From assembly GCA_964016885.1 (NCBI GenBank), contig OZ024742.1:353648001-353712000 (forward strand): a DNA stretch of 64,000 nucleotides. The letters run 5' to 3'. Below are positions 43,206-60,027 of the stretch, piece after piece. Every line of letters starts with the position of its first letter. The first letter of the stretch is position 1. The DNA comes from Eledone cirrhosa. Lineage: Eukaryota. A model generated the notes under the pieces. The model did no database searches. It worked only from the letters and a program-made list of their open reading frames with translations, and was not told where the DNA came from. The translations under genes and the position numbers were made by a program.

Positions 43206-44559
43206 GTAATATATATATATATATATATATATCTATATATATATAGTAATATAGGAACCAGTAAGACCCCGACAGCTGAGCTCAATCCGTTTCGACGGCT
43301 AATTCTGAATTAGCCGTCGAAACGGCTTGAGCTCAGCTGTCGGGGTCTTACTGGTTCCTATTACCCACTCTACTACCTCAAGTATTGAGTACTTTGGTGC
43401 GTTATGGTCCACCTGGTTCCTTACCACATTTCCTTCGTTATAGTAATATATATATATATAAATATATATATATTGGTAAACGGAATAGAAAATGCTGACA
43501 AATGGTTCACAGTTGAAAAATGGTTTAATTAGGAATAAAAGAGTATTATTGATTGTATGGGTTAGTATTCAGTTGTGCCTTTAAGTTTTTAGGTTTTTAC
43601 CGGTTGCGCATTTCTAAATGCTTTTCAAAAATAATTTTGAGATAGAGTGTCCGTGTTGTTTGCTCTGATCTGATTAGTTTTGGGAACTCTACCTGTTTTT
43701 ATGTTGAAAAAGTGGTTCCAGCGATAATTTGGTTTTGCAAAAATTCTTGTGGTCAAAACAATTTTGATTGGTCGGTAGAGGTCATGTGAATGTAAAAAAT
43801 AGATTTTGCGCCAAGACTGTTTTTGAAGGCCCCAAGGTAGAGAAGATCTCCAAACTATGGAAAGGTGACTGCAACAGAGAAGAAGTGAAATCCCTTCAAC
43901 GCTGGGAAAAAAGTGCCGTTTGGTTCCTACACTATGAATCGACTTTTCAAACGGATTACACCTCCAATAACCCGTTCATAACAATAGGAAAACCCATAAC
44001 TGAACCGCACAACAACTTCTCAAACCCCCAAGCCTCTATCAAACGAAGAAGGAAGCACCACACCGAAGATGAACTTCCCAACTTCGCTACCATAAGAAGG
44101 AACAAAAACCCAAGAAATCATCTCCCCCAGAATGACATTTACAACTTTCCCCCTTCAAGCAGACACCATACCAAATCACTCAACTACTACGCGGATGCCT
44201 CATCGTCAAACATAGGGAAAAGATACGACTGCCATGATAGATATAACAACTTCCCCGCTTCAAGGGTACAGCAAGGTAATTACCATTTTCTCAACTCTCG
44301 CTTCCACAATACACAACAAACCCACACCACACGATACAACCAACAACGTAGGCCACTTATAACACCACAATACAACATGGCACATAGAAACACACACCCA
44401 TACTCGCAGTACAGGAACACCCCATTCAATCTACAACCACCAACCCGAACCACATTTTACAACAACAAGGAATATAACAAACACAGGAGAGCACTTAACA
44501 TCAGCAGACAACCCCTCTACCCCAACCATTTTTTAGACACAACACACAGATACAGGCAA

Positions 44560-46850
44560 ACAAAATAACACAAGACAGGGAGGAGAGACCGATAGTAATA
44601 AAAATTATCAATCTTACTAGTGCAGAACCAACACCCAACCTTATCAACTTACTCTCCAAAGGTCTTAAATTCACACCGACCCCACTACGTCCTAACTACT
44701 ATGAAATGAAGGAAGACATCACAGACTTCTGTAGAAAGTTACGACTTAGTGAACAACTATTCGACCAGTACAATGAGGATGAATCATTAGCCAGAAATAG
44801 AAGCAATTACACCCCTTTAAAAGGTAGAAATAAAATCCTGGACGAATTCTGTGAACACATCACAAACTTCCCTTACCAACACTTGCACAGACAAAAACAC
44901 AAGCCAAACCTCAACAAGAAAGAATGGGAAGAATTAAATAGATTAAAAACCAACATAACCATTACAATTAAAGAGGCTGATAAAGGGAGTACAGTAGTCC
45001 TAATGGAGACAGAATTCTATATCAACTTAGCGCTCTCCACTCTGGAAAACGAAACATACTACGAAAAGGCTGAACACTACAATCAACAGAAAATTATGAG
45101 AAACCTAAAAACTCTAATCAACCAATACAAAGGACTCACTAACAAGGAATTCAGCTTCATCACAGACTTCACAAGTAAATCCAGGCTCTTCTACGGTATC
45201 CCTAAAGTATATAAAAGCGAATCGATAAGTAAGGCATGCAAGGAAGCCACAGACATAGTCATCAATGTCCCTCACCCAATGATCTCAAATTAAGACCTAT
45301 AATAGCAGGCCCCGCTTGCGAAACGCACCGTCTTAGTAACTTCATTGATACCCTTCTCAAATCCTTCCTCAAACACATCAAAAGCTATATAAGGGACGAC
45401 CTAGAATTGCTCAATCACCTCCCTAATATGCCACTTTCTGAACAAACCCTACTAGTGACGTTCGATGTAGTCAACCCATACTCCAACATCCCCCACAACC
45501 TAGGAATAGAAGCTATCCAATTCTGGCTGGATAATTTCCACAATGAACACCCACAACGCATCAAAAAAGAATTCGTGATAGAGGGACTCCAATTTATCTT
45601 GGAGAACAATTACTTCGTTTTCAATAACAAACCCTACAGGCAGAAATCTGGGACCGCTATGGGAACGAAAACAGCCCCCACTTATGCCAACCTAGTCATG
45701 GGATACCTGGAAATCACCCTCTACACTAAAGTCCTAAACAAATTTGGAAACACCCTCCACTTAAACATTGAAAGGAACTGGAAGCGATATCTAGATGACT
45801 GCTTCATCCTTTGGCATGAAAACGTCGAAAAACTTAGAGAATTTCACACCCTTATAAATGGGCTCAACACAAATATTAACTTCACAATGGAATACAGCCA
45901 TCAACAACTCCCCTTCCTCGACATCCTCATTAAGATCCATAACAAAAAAATAGAAACAGACATATACTACAAGCCCACAGACTCCAAGCAAAATCTCCCC
46001 TTCAACTGTTGCCACCCTAGACACGTTAAAATTAATATTCCCTACAACTTAGCCAAGAGAATCTGTACTATAGTCTCCAATAAAAACATCTGCTACTTAC
46101 GGCTACAAGAACTAAAGGACACACTCATAGGCAGGGACTACCATGCATCACTAATTGACCATGGAATCCAACCTGCCCTAAAACTCAGTACCCAGGACCT
46201 TAGACACCCTAAAGTAAATCAACGGAAACTAAAAGCTCTTCCATACATCTCCACACACAACCCTCTCAACAATGAAGCCTTTGACACCATCCTCCAGAAC
46301 ATCCCTGTGTTGAAAAAGGACCATAGAATGAACCAAATTCTACGAACACACGATATCATAAAGAGCAAAAGACAATCCAAGTCAATGAAAAACATCTTAA
46401 CACATGCCGAAGTACTGCCAACCACAACAACGAAACCCACAGTAAAAAAATGCGATAGACCCAACTGTGGCATTTGCATCAACCTAATAGAGGGTTCGGA
46501 ATTCTATTTCAAAGACGTACAACTTTTTTATAGTAAAACACAAGTTCACATGTGCATCGGAAAATCTAATATATGTATTAACTTGCTCAGGTTGTCGAGA
46601 ACTATACATAGGCCAGACCAAAAGCAGCCTCCGCCAACGCATGCCTGTCCATAGATCCCAAATTAAAATACAGGAATACAAGAAAATACCACTGAGTGAA
46701 CACATTGATACCTGTGACGCCCAAAATCATCCCAACTTCAGAATCTTTCCCCTCTACAAATTTAAAGATAATGCCACCCACACCCAGCGCATCAGCAAGG
46801 AATCTTACTTCATTAACAAATACGGACCCCGTCTAAACACTTCTCCCTAA
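44560..46850 (+). pseudogene. Neptune-type RT, Cys linker and GIY-YIG ORF, frameshifted
   Basis: LLSKGLKFTPTP, KEADKGS, LRPIIAG, GTAMGTKTAPTYANLVMG, RYLDD, LPFLD, CDRPNCGIC, LIYVLTCSGC..YIGQT. Confidence 0.92.
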
Positions 46851-46968
46851 GACGAACCCACAACATACACACGTTAACATACATACCTACATCAGCACAC
46901 ATCTCCACCCACATATAAACACAATGACATACGTAAACACACATGCTCTATGGTGCAACACAAAAAAA

Positions 46969-47048
<80 letters not shown>

Positions 47049-47523
47049 GATATATAGTGAATATATGTGTGTGTATATATGTGTAGTGAATATCATTTCC
47101 CACCTTTTATTGTTAAGATTTTTTATGTTCTATTAAGAAAACCGATTTTACTGAAAAAATCGAATAATGTACACCATTTTACCAGGGGAAAAAAATACTG
47201 GTCCACCCACACACACACACACACACACACATATAAACACACAAATACACACGCGTACATTGGCATACAAAGAGACTTATACACACACACACACACACGC
47301 CCCTCTCCGTAAGCTGAAAAATATCTTTTACATGCTAAAACACACCCCATTGCTTTCAAACACATTCTTACTGACCATCCCTGCTACCACGAATTACTCT
47401 GCTATACACACACACACAATATCTTCTCCAAAAGCTGAAAAATATCTTTTACATGCTAAAATACCCCCCATTGCTTTCAGACACATTCTTACTGACCATC
47501 CCTGCTACCACGAATTACTCTGC

Positions 47524-47628
<105 letters not shown>

Positions 47629-47940
47629 CCACACACACACTTATCTTAATAGCCATTTGACACACGTCCCTGCTGACCATTGTCGCAACATCGAACACCT
47701 CACTACTACTGCACACATACACACACACACATATTTGTTGTGAAAGAGTCATTTCTCAATCTTGGCGCAAAACCAATTTTTTATTCACATGACCTCTACC
47801 GACCAATCAAAATTGTTTTGACCACAAGAATTTTTGCAACACCAGAGTAACGCTGGAGCCACTTTTTTAACATAAAAACAGGTAGAATTCCCAAAACTAA
47901 TCAGATCAGAGCAAACAACACGGACACTATCTCAAAATTA

Positions 47941-47978
47941 TTTTTGAAAAGCATTTAGAAATGCGCAACCGGTAAAAA
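47941..47978 (+). ncRNA. Non-canonical hammerhead-like motif (TTGAAAA..GCAA) of family F
   Basis: ttt TTGAAAA gcatt-taga-aatgc GCAA ccgg TA aaa. Same architecture as the family G HHR. Nine copies in the window. Confidence 0.7.
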
Positions 47979-48134
47979 CCTAAAAACTTAAAACCACAAC
48001 TGAATATTAACCCATACAATCATTACTACTCTTTTCTTCCTAATTAAACCATTTTTCAACTGTGAACAATTTGTCAGCATTATCTATTCCGTTTACCAAT
48101 ATATAATAACTTGTGTGTTACACCTCTATTCTTT

Positions 48135-48512
<378 letters not shown>

Positions 48513-48514
48513 TA

Positions 48515-48546
<32 letters not shown>

Positions 48547-48588
48547 TGCTATATATATATATATTTTACTATATATATATATATATTT

Positions 48589-48680
<92 letters not shown>

Positions 48681-48715
48681 ATATATAGCAAAAAATATAT
48701 ATAGATATATATATT

Positions 48716-52101
<3,386 letters not shown>

Positions 52102-52127
52102 TATATATATATATATATATATATTAT

Positions 52128-52939
52128 TATTATGTAATAAACAATATAAGGCAATTATTCCATTTACCAGTGGTTTCTTAAAACCAAAAGGTTTTGCTTT
52201 CAATCCTCAAAATGAAAAATCCTGGTTTGTTTATTGAATATGGATTCTAAAAAAAAAAATGCAATCTATATGAAAGTGAGGCTGGAAAAGGGAGAAGGAA
52301 AGGAAAAATAAAATAAAACTACACATGCAAACTCACACACAAAAAAAAACCAAAAGCATACTTACACACACATACATATATACATATGTATAAATGTACG
52401 CATACATATATACATATACACATATATATATATAAAACGTACACCTACACACACATACACATATATACACACATATACACATACATACATTCATACATAC
52501 ACACACACACACATACACACACATTTACACACACACACACACACCCACACATACATAAAAATAAATAAATACACACGCACACATATACACACATACATAT
52601 ATATATATACACACATACATATATATATATATATACACACATACACGTACACATACACGCATGCATACACACACACACACACATATACATGTGTGTATGT
52701 GTAAAGTTCAGTATTAGATAAGACAAATTAACCTTACATAAACGTATATATAGTAGTAAAGTAATAAAGCAACACAAGGAAATTAATCCATTCACCAGAG
52801 GTTTCTTAAAAGCAAAAAAAGTTTCCTTCAAACTTCAGAATGAAAAAAAGCCTGGTTTATCCACATATACATACATATACACACACAAATATACAATTAT
52901 ATACACACATACACACACGCACACACACACACATATATA

Positions 52940-52999
<60 letters not shown>

Positions 53000-55173
53000 A
53001 ATATATACATACATATATACATATATATATACATACACATATATATATACACACAAAAATACATACACATACACATAGGTATGTGAAGGGCAAAACAAAA
53101 AGAATATATGGGGGGGGCATAAGAGAAGGTAAAATATAAGGGGAGGTAAGGGAGAAAAAATGTTTTAAATATACAAGAGTACAGAAGGTAGAGTCAGCAA
53201 AATAAAAACCGTAGCAAAAGTAAAGAGCAGAGAAGGAGTTCAAGGCGGTTGATTTCTCATAGGAGTGTCAATCCAGTTACAGATCAGATGCGATTTCATA
53301 TGAGGACAGCATCTGAATATCTCAGTCTTTGAGTTAATGCAAGCGGAAGTGGCTCTCAAGTTTAGCAAAATCCTATACTTTTCTGTGGTGCACAAAGAAC
53401 AATTCTTTGTGCCCCTTTGGTACTCACTCGAATGGTCTAATATAGACCAATCAATAGAGTACGGGATATTACTATCCTTGAGATCCCATACCTTACTTGC
53501 GAGGGCCGTTGATGTTCGTTTATCAGAGTGCTTAAAAGAAGCGACATGTTAGTAAAATTTGGTTTTAAACCTGTCCTGGGTAATACCGACATATCGCTCA
53601 CTCCTCGCTGGCTGGTTGCTGATAACTGGCGTTATCTTAGCCTCATAAACGACAGATTTTGTGTTGCATTTACACTGCAATGGGCATTCATCCGGCTTCC
53701 TGCAACTGCATCCTGGATTTATCCTCGTACGGTTTGAACTGGTGATTTTGGACTTCATGGATGGGCAACAAGGGTAGCTGATCTTAACTGCATTCCTATT
53801 AAAAATCTTATAATATCTATGAATAGGAGGAAAATGTTTGTCTAATAGTTCAAGGAATTTCCTACCTACATTAGTTTTGACAGTTAGAGAGAAGGGGGGT
53901 GTGAACCAAATAATCTTCCTTCTCCTGTTATTATGGTTAGTTTTAGGGAGGGGGAGTAGATAAATAATAATTTTTTTCCGTAAAACCGCTGTTCTTAAGG
54001 GCTTTATTATAATAAGGGGCGGCTTTATTAAAAATGTCTATAGACGAAGATAAGGTAGAAATCCTACGGCTAATGTTAGGAATAAGATTATTAAAAACTA
54101 TAGGGGGATGGCAAGACTCTTTGTGTATATACCTAAGATTTTCATTAGGTTTATGATAGGGTTTAAAAGAGGCAGTAAGTAGATCAAGATTAATATCAAG
54201 AAAGTTAGCATTAGTAAGGTTCGTCTCTATAGTAATTTTAAGGTTAAGATTAGCAAAAGTATTAATTAAATCTTTACGGAATTTATCAAGATTATGGCCG
54301 TTGGTGGTATGAGAAACTGCTAATCCGTCATCACGGTATAAACCGATATTATGGGACGGAAATTTCTCTTTGAGTGTGTGGAGAAGGAATAATCCTACTA
54401 AGTCACACACATCCGCACTGTCATATGAACCCATTGCAACATCAAAAGAGCTTTCAGGGTTTGACTTTTTAACCCAAATATTATCATTAGTAAAAAGTAA
54501 AGTTTTTCTAGCATGAAAGATAATGTCCTCTTCTAATTTAGAGATATTAATGAAGGGTCTTGCAAAATCTAAGGCATTGGTTAATAAGGAAACACTAATA
54601 GAAGGGTAAAAATCGACAATATCAAATTGGCTAAATCTACACTTATTTTTACCTTGTATATTATTGAACCAAGAAATAACAGAGGAAGTATTTAGCCACT
54701 GTGAAAGGTCAGTGTTAGTTCTAATTTGGAGAATTATTTTTCTTAAGATTTTCTTACTAGCAAGGCCAACCTCGGATTTAGCCGGGTTAATCAGTCTACA
54801 ACTAGGTCGATTAGTAAAATCCAGTTTATGGTCTTTAAGGGTAATATATATTCTATACTCTTAGCTAAGCTTTCAATCCGGTTATCTATTTGTAAAGAAC
54901 TAGCTAGTTCTTTAGCTTCTTTATTGATAGTATTGTAGCTATTATTATTAGTCAATTGATATTTATTGGTAATACTATTAGTTAAAAGTTGGTTATACAA
55001 ATTACTATTAACTTCAAACAGGTTTTTAGTTTTATCAGAAAGAACGAAAGTGTTTGTAGAATTTCTAAAATTAGAGATATCGTTAGAAAGTTTAGTTTGA
55101 AAGTTATTATTGTACTTACGAAATTTGATATCACTAATTAGATTGACGAGGTCTAATTCGAAGTTGGCCATAT
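52128..55173 (-). mobile_element. Naiad-type PLE family D, 5'-truncated
   Basis: SDKTKNLF, MGSYDSADVCDLVG, LYRDD, IWFTPPFS, CSC..CPL..C, YVGIT..FKTKF. Two HHR motifs in the pLTR, at 52159-52216 and 52787-52844. Confidence 0.9.
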
Positions 55174-55641
55174 CCCGTACTCTATTGATTGGTCTATATT
55201 AGACCATTCGAGGGAGTACCAAAGGGGCACAAAGAATTGTTCTTTGTGCACCACAGAAAAGTATAGGATTTTGCTAAGCTTGAGAGCCACTTCCGCTTGC
55301 CTTAACTCAAAGACTGAGATCTTCAGATGCTGTCCTCATCTGAAATCGCATCTGATCTGTAACTGGATTGACACTCCTATGAGAAATCAACCGCCTTGAA
55401 CTCCTTCTCTGCTCTATACTTTTGCTACGGTTTTTATTTTGCTGACTCTACCTTCTGTACTCTTGTATATTTAAAAAAAAATGTTCTCCCATACCTCCCC
55501 GTATATTTTACCTTCTCTTATGGCTCCCCCCAATATATTCTTTTTATTTTGCCCTTCACATACCTATGTGTATGTGTATGTATTTTTGTGTGTAATATAT
55601 ATGTGTATATATATATATATGTATATATGTATGTATATATT

Positions 55642-55711
<70 letters not shown>

Positions 55712-55986
55712 CGTGTGTGTGTGTGTGTATATAATTGTATATTTGTGTGTGTATATGTATGTATATGTGGATAAACCAGGCTTTTTTTCATTCTGAAGAT
55801 TGAAGGAAACTTTTTTTGCTTTTAAGAAACCTCTGGTGAATGGATTAATTGCCTTGTGTAGCTTTATTACTTTACTACTATATATACGTTTATGTAAGGT
55901 TCATTTGTCTTATCTAATACTGAGCTTTACACATACACACATGTATATGTGTGTGTGTATGTGTATGCATGTGTGTATGTGTACGT

Positions 55987-56027
<41 letters not shown>

Positions 56028-56112
56028 GGAGGTGAGTTTTATTGTAGTACAATAAAGCAATGCAGATATCGGATAAGAAGCACTCTACAGTTTGTAGGAC
56101 TGGAGTATATAT

Positions 56113-58631
56113 AATATAAGATCAAAAGATGGTTAAAGGAGTCCATGTATTTTATTATGCGCATTTCGGAAAATTCCTCAACTTCGCGGTGGAATTTATC
56201 GTGACGACGGACTCTTTACTATCCTAAATTGCAATATAGTTAACCTTAATATTATTAAGAACAATATACGTAATCTCTTTAACCAACATAACCTAAAAAT
56301 TGAATTTGATAATAGTATCAAACTAGCTAATTTCTTGGATGTATCTCTTAATCTTGATACTGGCCTATATTACCCTTACCATAAAAACAATGAGAACCTA
56401 AATTATGTTAACTTTAAATCTAACCATCCTACCAATATCAAGAATGCTATAGTTAGTAATATTGGAAAAAGAATATCTAACATATCCTCTAATAAACACA
56501 TCTTTGATGCTAACGCCAATTACTATAATAACGCACTTTCTAAAGCCGGCTATCCAGATAAAATCAAACATAGTAAAGAAACAAATTCTAGAAAAACTTA
56601 CAGTAGAATAATTAATCATGATCATTCCAATAATTTTAATAAAAGACCTAGATACAAAAACATAATCTGGTATAATGCTCCTTTCTCCATCTCTATTAAT
56701 AACAATATTCCTAAATTATTTTTTAGTGCCTTAAATAAATGCTTCCCTCCCTCACATATCTATAGTAAAATATTTAACAAACACACCATCAAATTTTCTT
56801 ATTCTACATCCTCCAATATTTCCAACATCATCTCTAAACACAACAATAAAATACTAAATACTAAATCTCTTCCTTCCAACATTGAATTTCATAATAACAG
56901 TAATAGTACTCCCGACGTCATTGTAAACCCTAGGCTAACTTCTGTAAACACAAATACAACGTCAAACACAACTTCGCTAAATGTTCATAATCCAACTCTA
57001 AATCAAGAAACTATTATTCCTATTATTCCTATCGCAAACAACTTCTCCAATCCAATTCCTTCTATAGATAACACTAGGTCACTCATTAATAATCTCTCTA
57101 ATTGCAACTGCCGCATTAAAAATAAATGTCCTCTCAACAACCATTGTCTCGATAAAAACTTAATTTATGAATGTAAAATTATAACTAGCACCAATTCCTT
57201 CACCTATTTTGGCTCCACTTCCACCTCTTTTAAAGCTCGTCTCTATAATCATCATTCATCTTTCAAATACAAACTTAAAAGAACCAACACTGCTCTCTCA
57301 GAACTCATATGGTCCTTAAAAGACAAAAACATTAAATATACCATCTTTTGGAAGAAGGTTTCTTCTGCATCCTCATACTTGAACAGCTCTCTATCTATAA
57401 TCTGTAATCTCTGCCTAAATGAAAAATGTACCATTATCTCTAACCTAGATTCTATAATAAATAGACGTACCGATTTATTTTCTATCTGCCTCCATAAATT
57501 CCATAGGACTTTTCACAAAGTATACAGTTAATATTCAATTCTTTATCAATTTAGAATCTTTTCTCAAAGGCAAATATACATACACCTCTTTAAAATATAC
57601 CCATCTTCCCACCTTACTTTAAGGGGCATTATACACTCTATAATACTTGTTTACTCATTACCCTCATTCTATCTTCACCTTGTAAAATCCTTCATAACAT
57701 ATACATTTATTTTTTTGACGTTAGAATATTCATCCGCAATCATTATTATTATTTTTTCTCTCTATCATAAATCTTTTTAATCTCAATTTCATCCTTAATT
57801 TATTATTATTTTTTCTCCCCATCAACGAACTCATTCTTAATACACATTAACTCTTTATTCGCATATATTATCAATTCCTTCAATATACAAACTTTAACTT
57901 CACATTATTTTTCTCAAATCCTTCTACACACAAACCTTAATAATTTTTCTCTTCGTTAATTTCGAAATTGCCACAATACTTATCAACACACACTTTTTTT
58001 TTACGTTAGAATATTCATCCACAATTATTATTTTTTATCTCTATCTTCATACATAAATTCCCTTCGTTAATTTTCAAATTCCTTTAATTTATGTAAAACA
58101 ATATATCTTTCTCTCAGTTATAAAAACTATCTCTTTCTCTCTATCACCCATCTCTCCCTCTCCACCTTCACTCTCATCTCCTCCCCCTTTTTTAATCCTC
58201 CCCCCCCCCCTCCATAAATAAAATATTCTTTCCTCGCACATATCCTCCCTTCGTTAATTTCAAATTTTTAATTTATACATTATCTTCCAACGGTTTTCAA
58301 CCTCTCTATGTAAAACAATATATCTCCTCTCAGTTATAAAAACTATCTCTTTCTTTCTCTCTATCACCCATCTCTCCCTCTCATCTCCTCCCCTTTTTCA
58401 TCCTTCCCCCCCCCCTCTCTAAATAAAATATTTTTCCCAATATCACACATCAATCTAAAACCACTTTTCATATGTTGATTTAAAACTGCACTATCCACAA
58501 GTGTTTTTTAGCCTTCATATCATGTTCTCCTGTTTTATCTGATGAAAACACAAATATTATTGCATGATGATGTTTGTTTTTGAAATGCGCATAATAAAGT
58601 ACATGGAAGTCCTTTAACCATCTTTTGATCT

Positions 58632-58638
<7 letters not shown>
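56113..58638 (+). mobile_element. Naiad-type family C, 5'-truncated, with inverted pLTR tip at 56113-56168
   Basis: GGIYRDDG, then an open frame to 57531 (IIWYNAPFS, CNC..CPL, YFGST, CNLCLNE, CLH). The pLTR carries an HHR. Confidence 0.92.
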
Positions 58639-58697
<59 letters not shown>

Positions 58698-58906
58698 ATA
58701 TATATATGTATGTGTGTATATGTGTGCGTGTGTATTTATTTATTGTTATGTATGTGTGTGTGTGTGTGTGTGTTTGTATTTGGTTGTGCGCGGTTTGATA
58801 TATACGTATTTGCATGTGTATAATTGTTTAGCTATGTATGTATATGTGTGTTTACGTATTTATATGTGTGTGTGTGTGTGTGTGCGTTTATATTTTTATA
58901 TTTTTG

Positions 58907-58947
<41 letters not shown>

Positions 58948-59361
58948 ATATAATTACATATACATGTGTGTGTTTATATTATATACGTGTACGTGTTTGT
59001 GTATGTATGTGTATGTACGTGTTTATGTATTTGTATATGTATATTTATGTGTGAGAGTGTGTGTATGTGTTTTACTATTTCGTACGTATGTATATGTGCG
59101 TTTGTGTGTATTACTTACCACGCGTGTCTGTCCTGTTAGCTGGGGCATGTATCTCTGTCAAAAATGTTTAATATATATTTATATATTTTTTTCTTATATT
59201 TATTTGCGTGTGTGAATATGTAGAGGAGTGCATTCATGTATGTGTATGTATGTACGTTGTATGTTTGTGTGAATGTATGTATGTGTATATATATATGTGT
59301 GTGTGTATGGCTATGTTTGTGTATGTGTATGCTTGTACACACATAAGTGTGTGTGTGTGTA

Positions 59362-59410
<49 letters not shown>

Positions 59411-59770
59411 TTGTATATACATATGTACATGTATATATATGTGTGTGTGTATGTGTGTGTGTGTGTAAATGTGTGTGTGTGTGTGTGTATGTATGAATGT
59501 ATGTATGTGTATATGTGTGTATATATGTGTATGTGTGTGTAGGTGTATGTTTTATATATATATATATGTGTATATGTATATATGTATGCGTACATTTATA
59601 TATATGTATATACGTATGTGTGTGTAAGTATGCTTTTGGGGGTTTTTTGTGTGTGTTTGCATGTGTAGTTTTATTTTATTTTTCCTTTCCTTCTCCCTTT
59701 TCCAGCCTCACTTTCATATAGATTGCATTTTTGTTTTTAGAATCCATATTCAATAAACAAACCAGAATTT

Positions 59771-59828
59771 TTCATTCTGAGGATTGAAAGCAAAACCTTT
59801 TGCTTTTAAGAAACCACTGGTAAATGGA
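59771..59828 (+). ncRNA. Canonical hammerhead (family D). Degenerate paralog at 55787-55844
   Basis: ttcatt CTGAGGA ttgaaagcaaaa-cc-ttttgcttttaa GAAA cca-c-tgg TA aatgga. Confidence 0.88.
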
Positions 59829-59936
59829 ATAATTGCCTTATGTTGTTTATTACATAATAATAATAATTAAGCTCTGTTGCCTACATAGAGCACTCTTTTT
59901 TCCTGGACTTTTCCGATGGAATTACTTCATTCATAC

Positions 59937-60027
<91 letters not shown>

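Larger units (their letters stand above)
55174..59870 (+). mobile_element. Inverted pLTR of family D, split by a nested insertion (pieces 55174-56020 and about 59410-59870)
   Basis: 55174-56020 is the inverse of about 52620-53465, and 59460-59870 is the inverse of 52128-52530. Confidence 0.85.
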
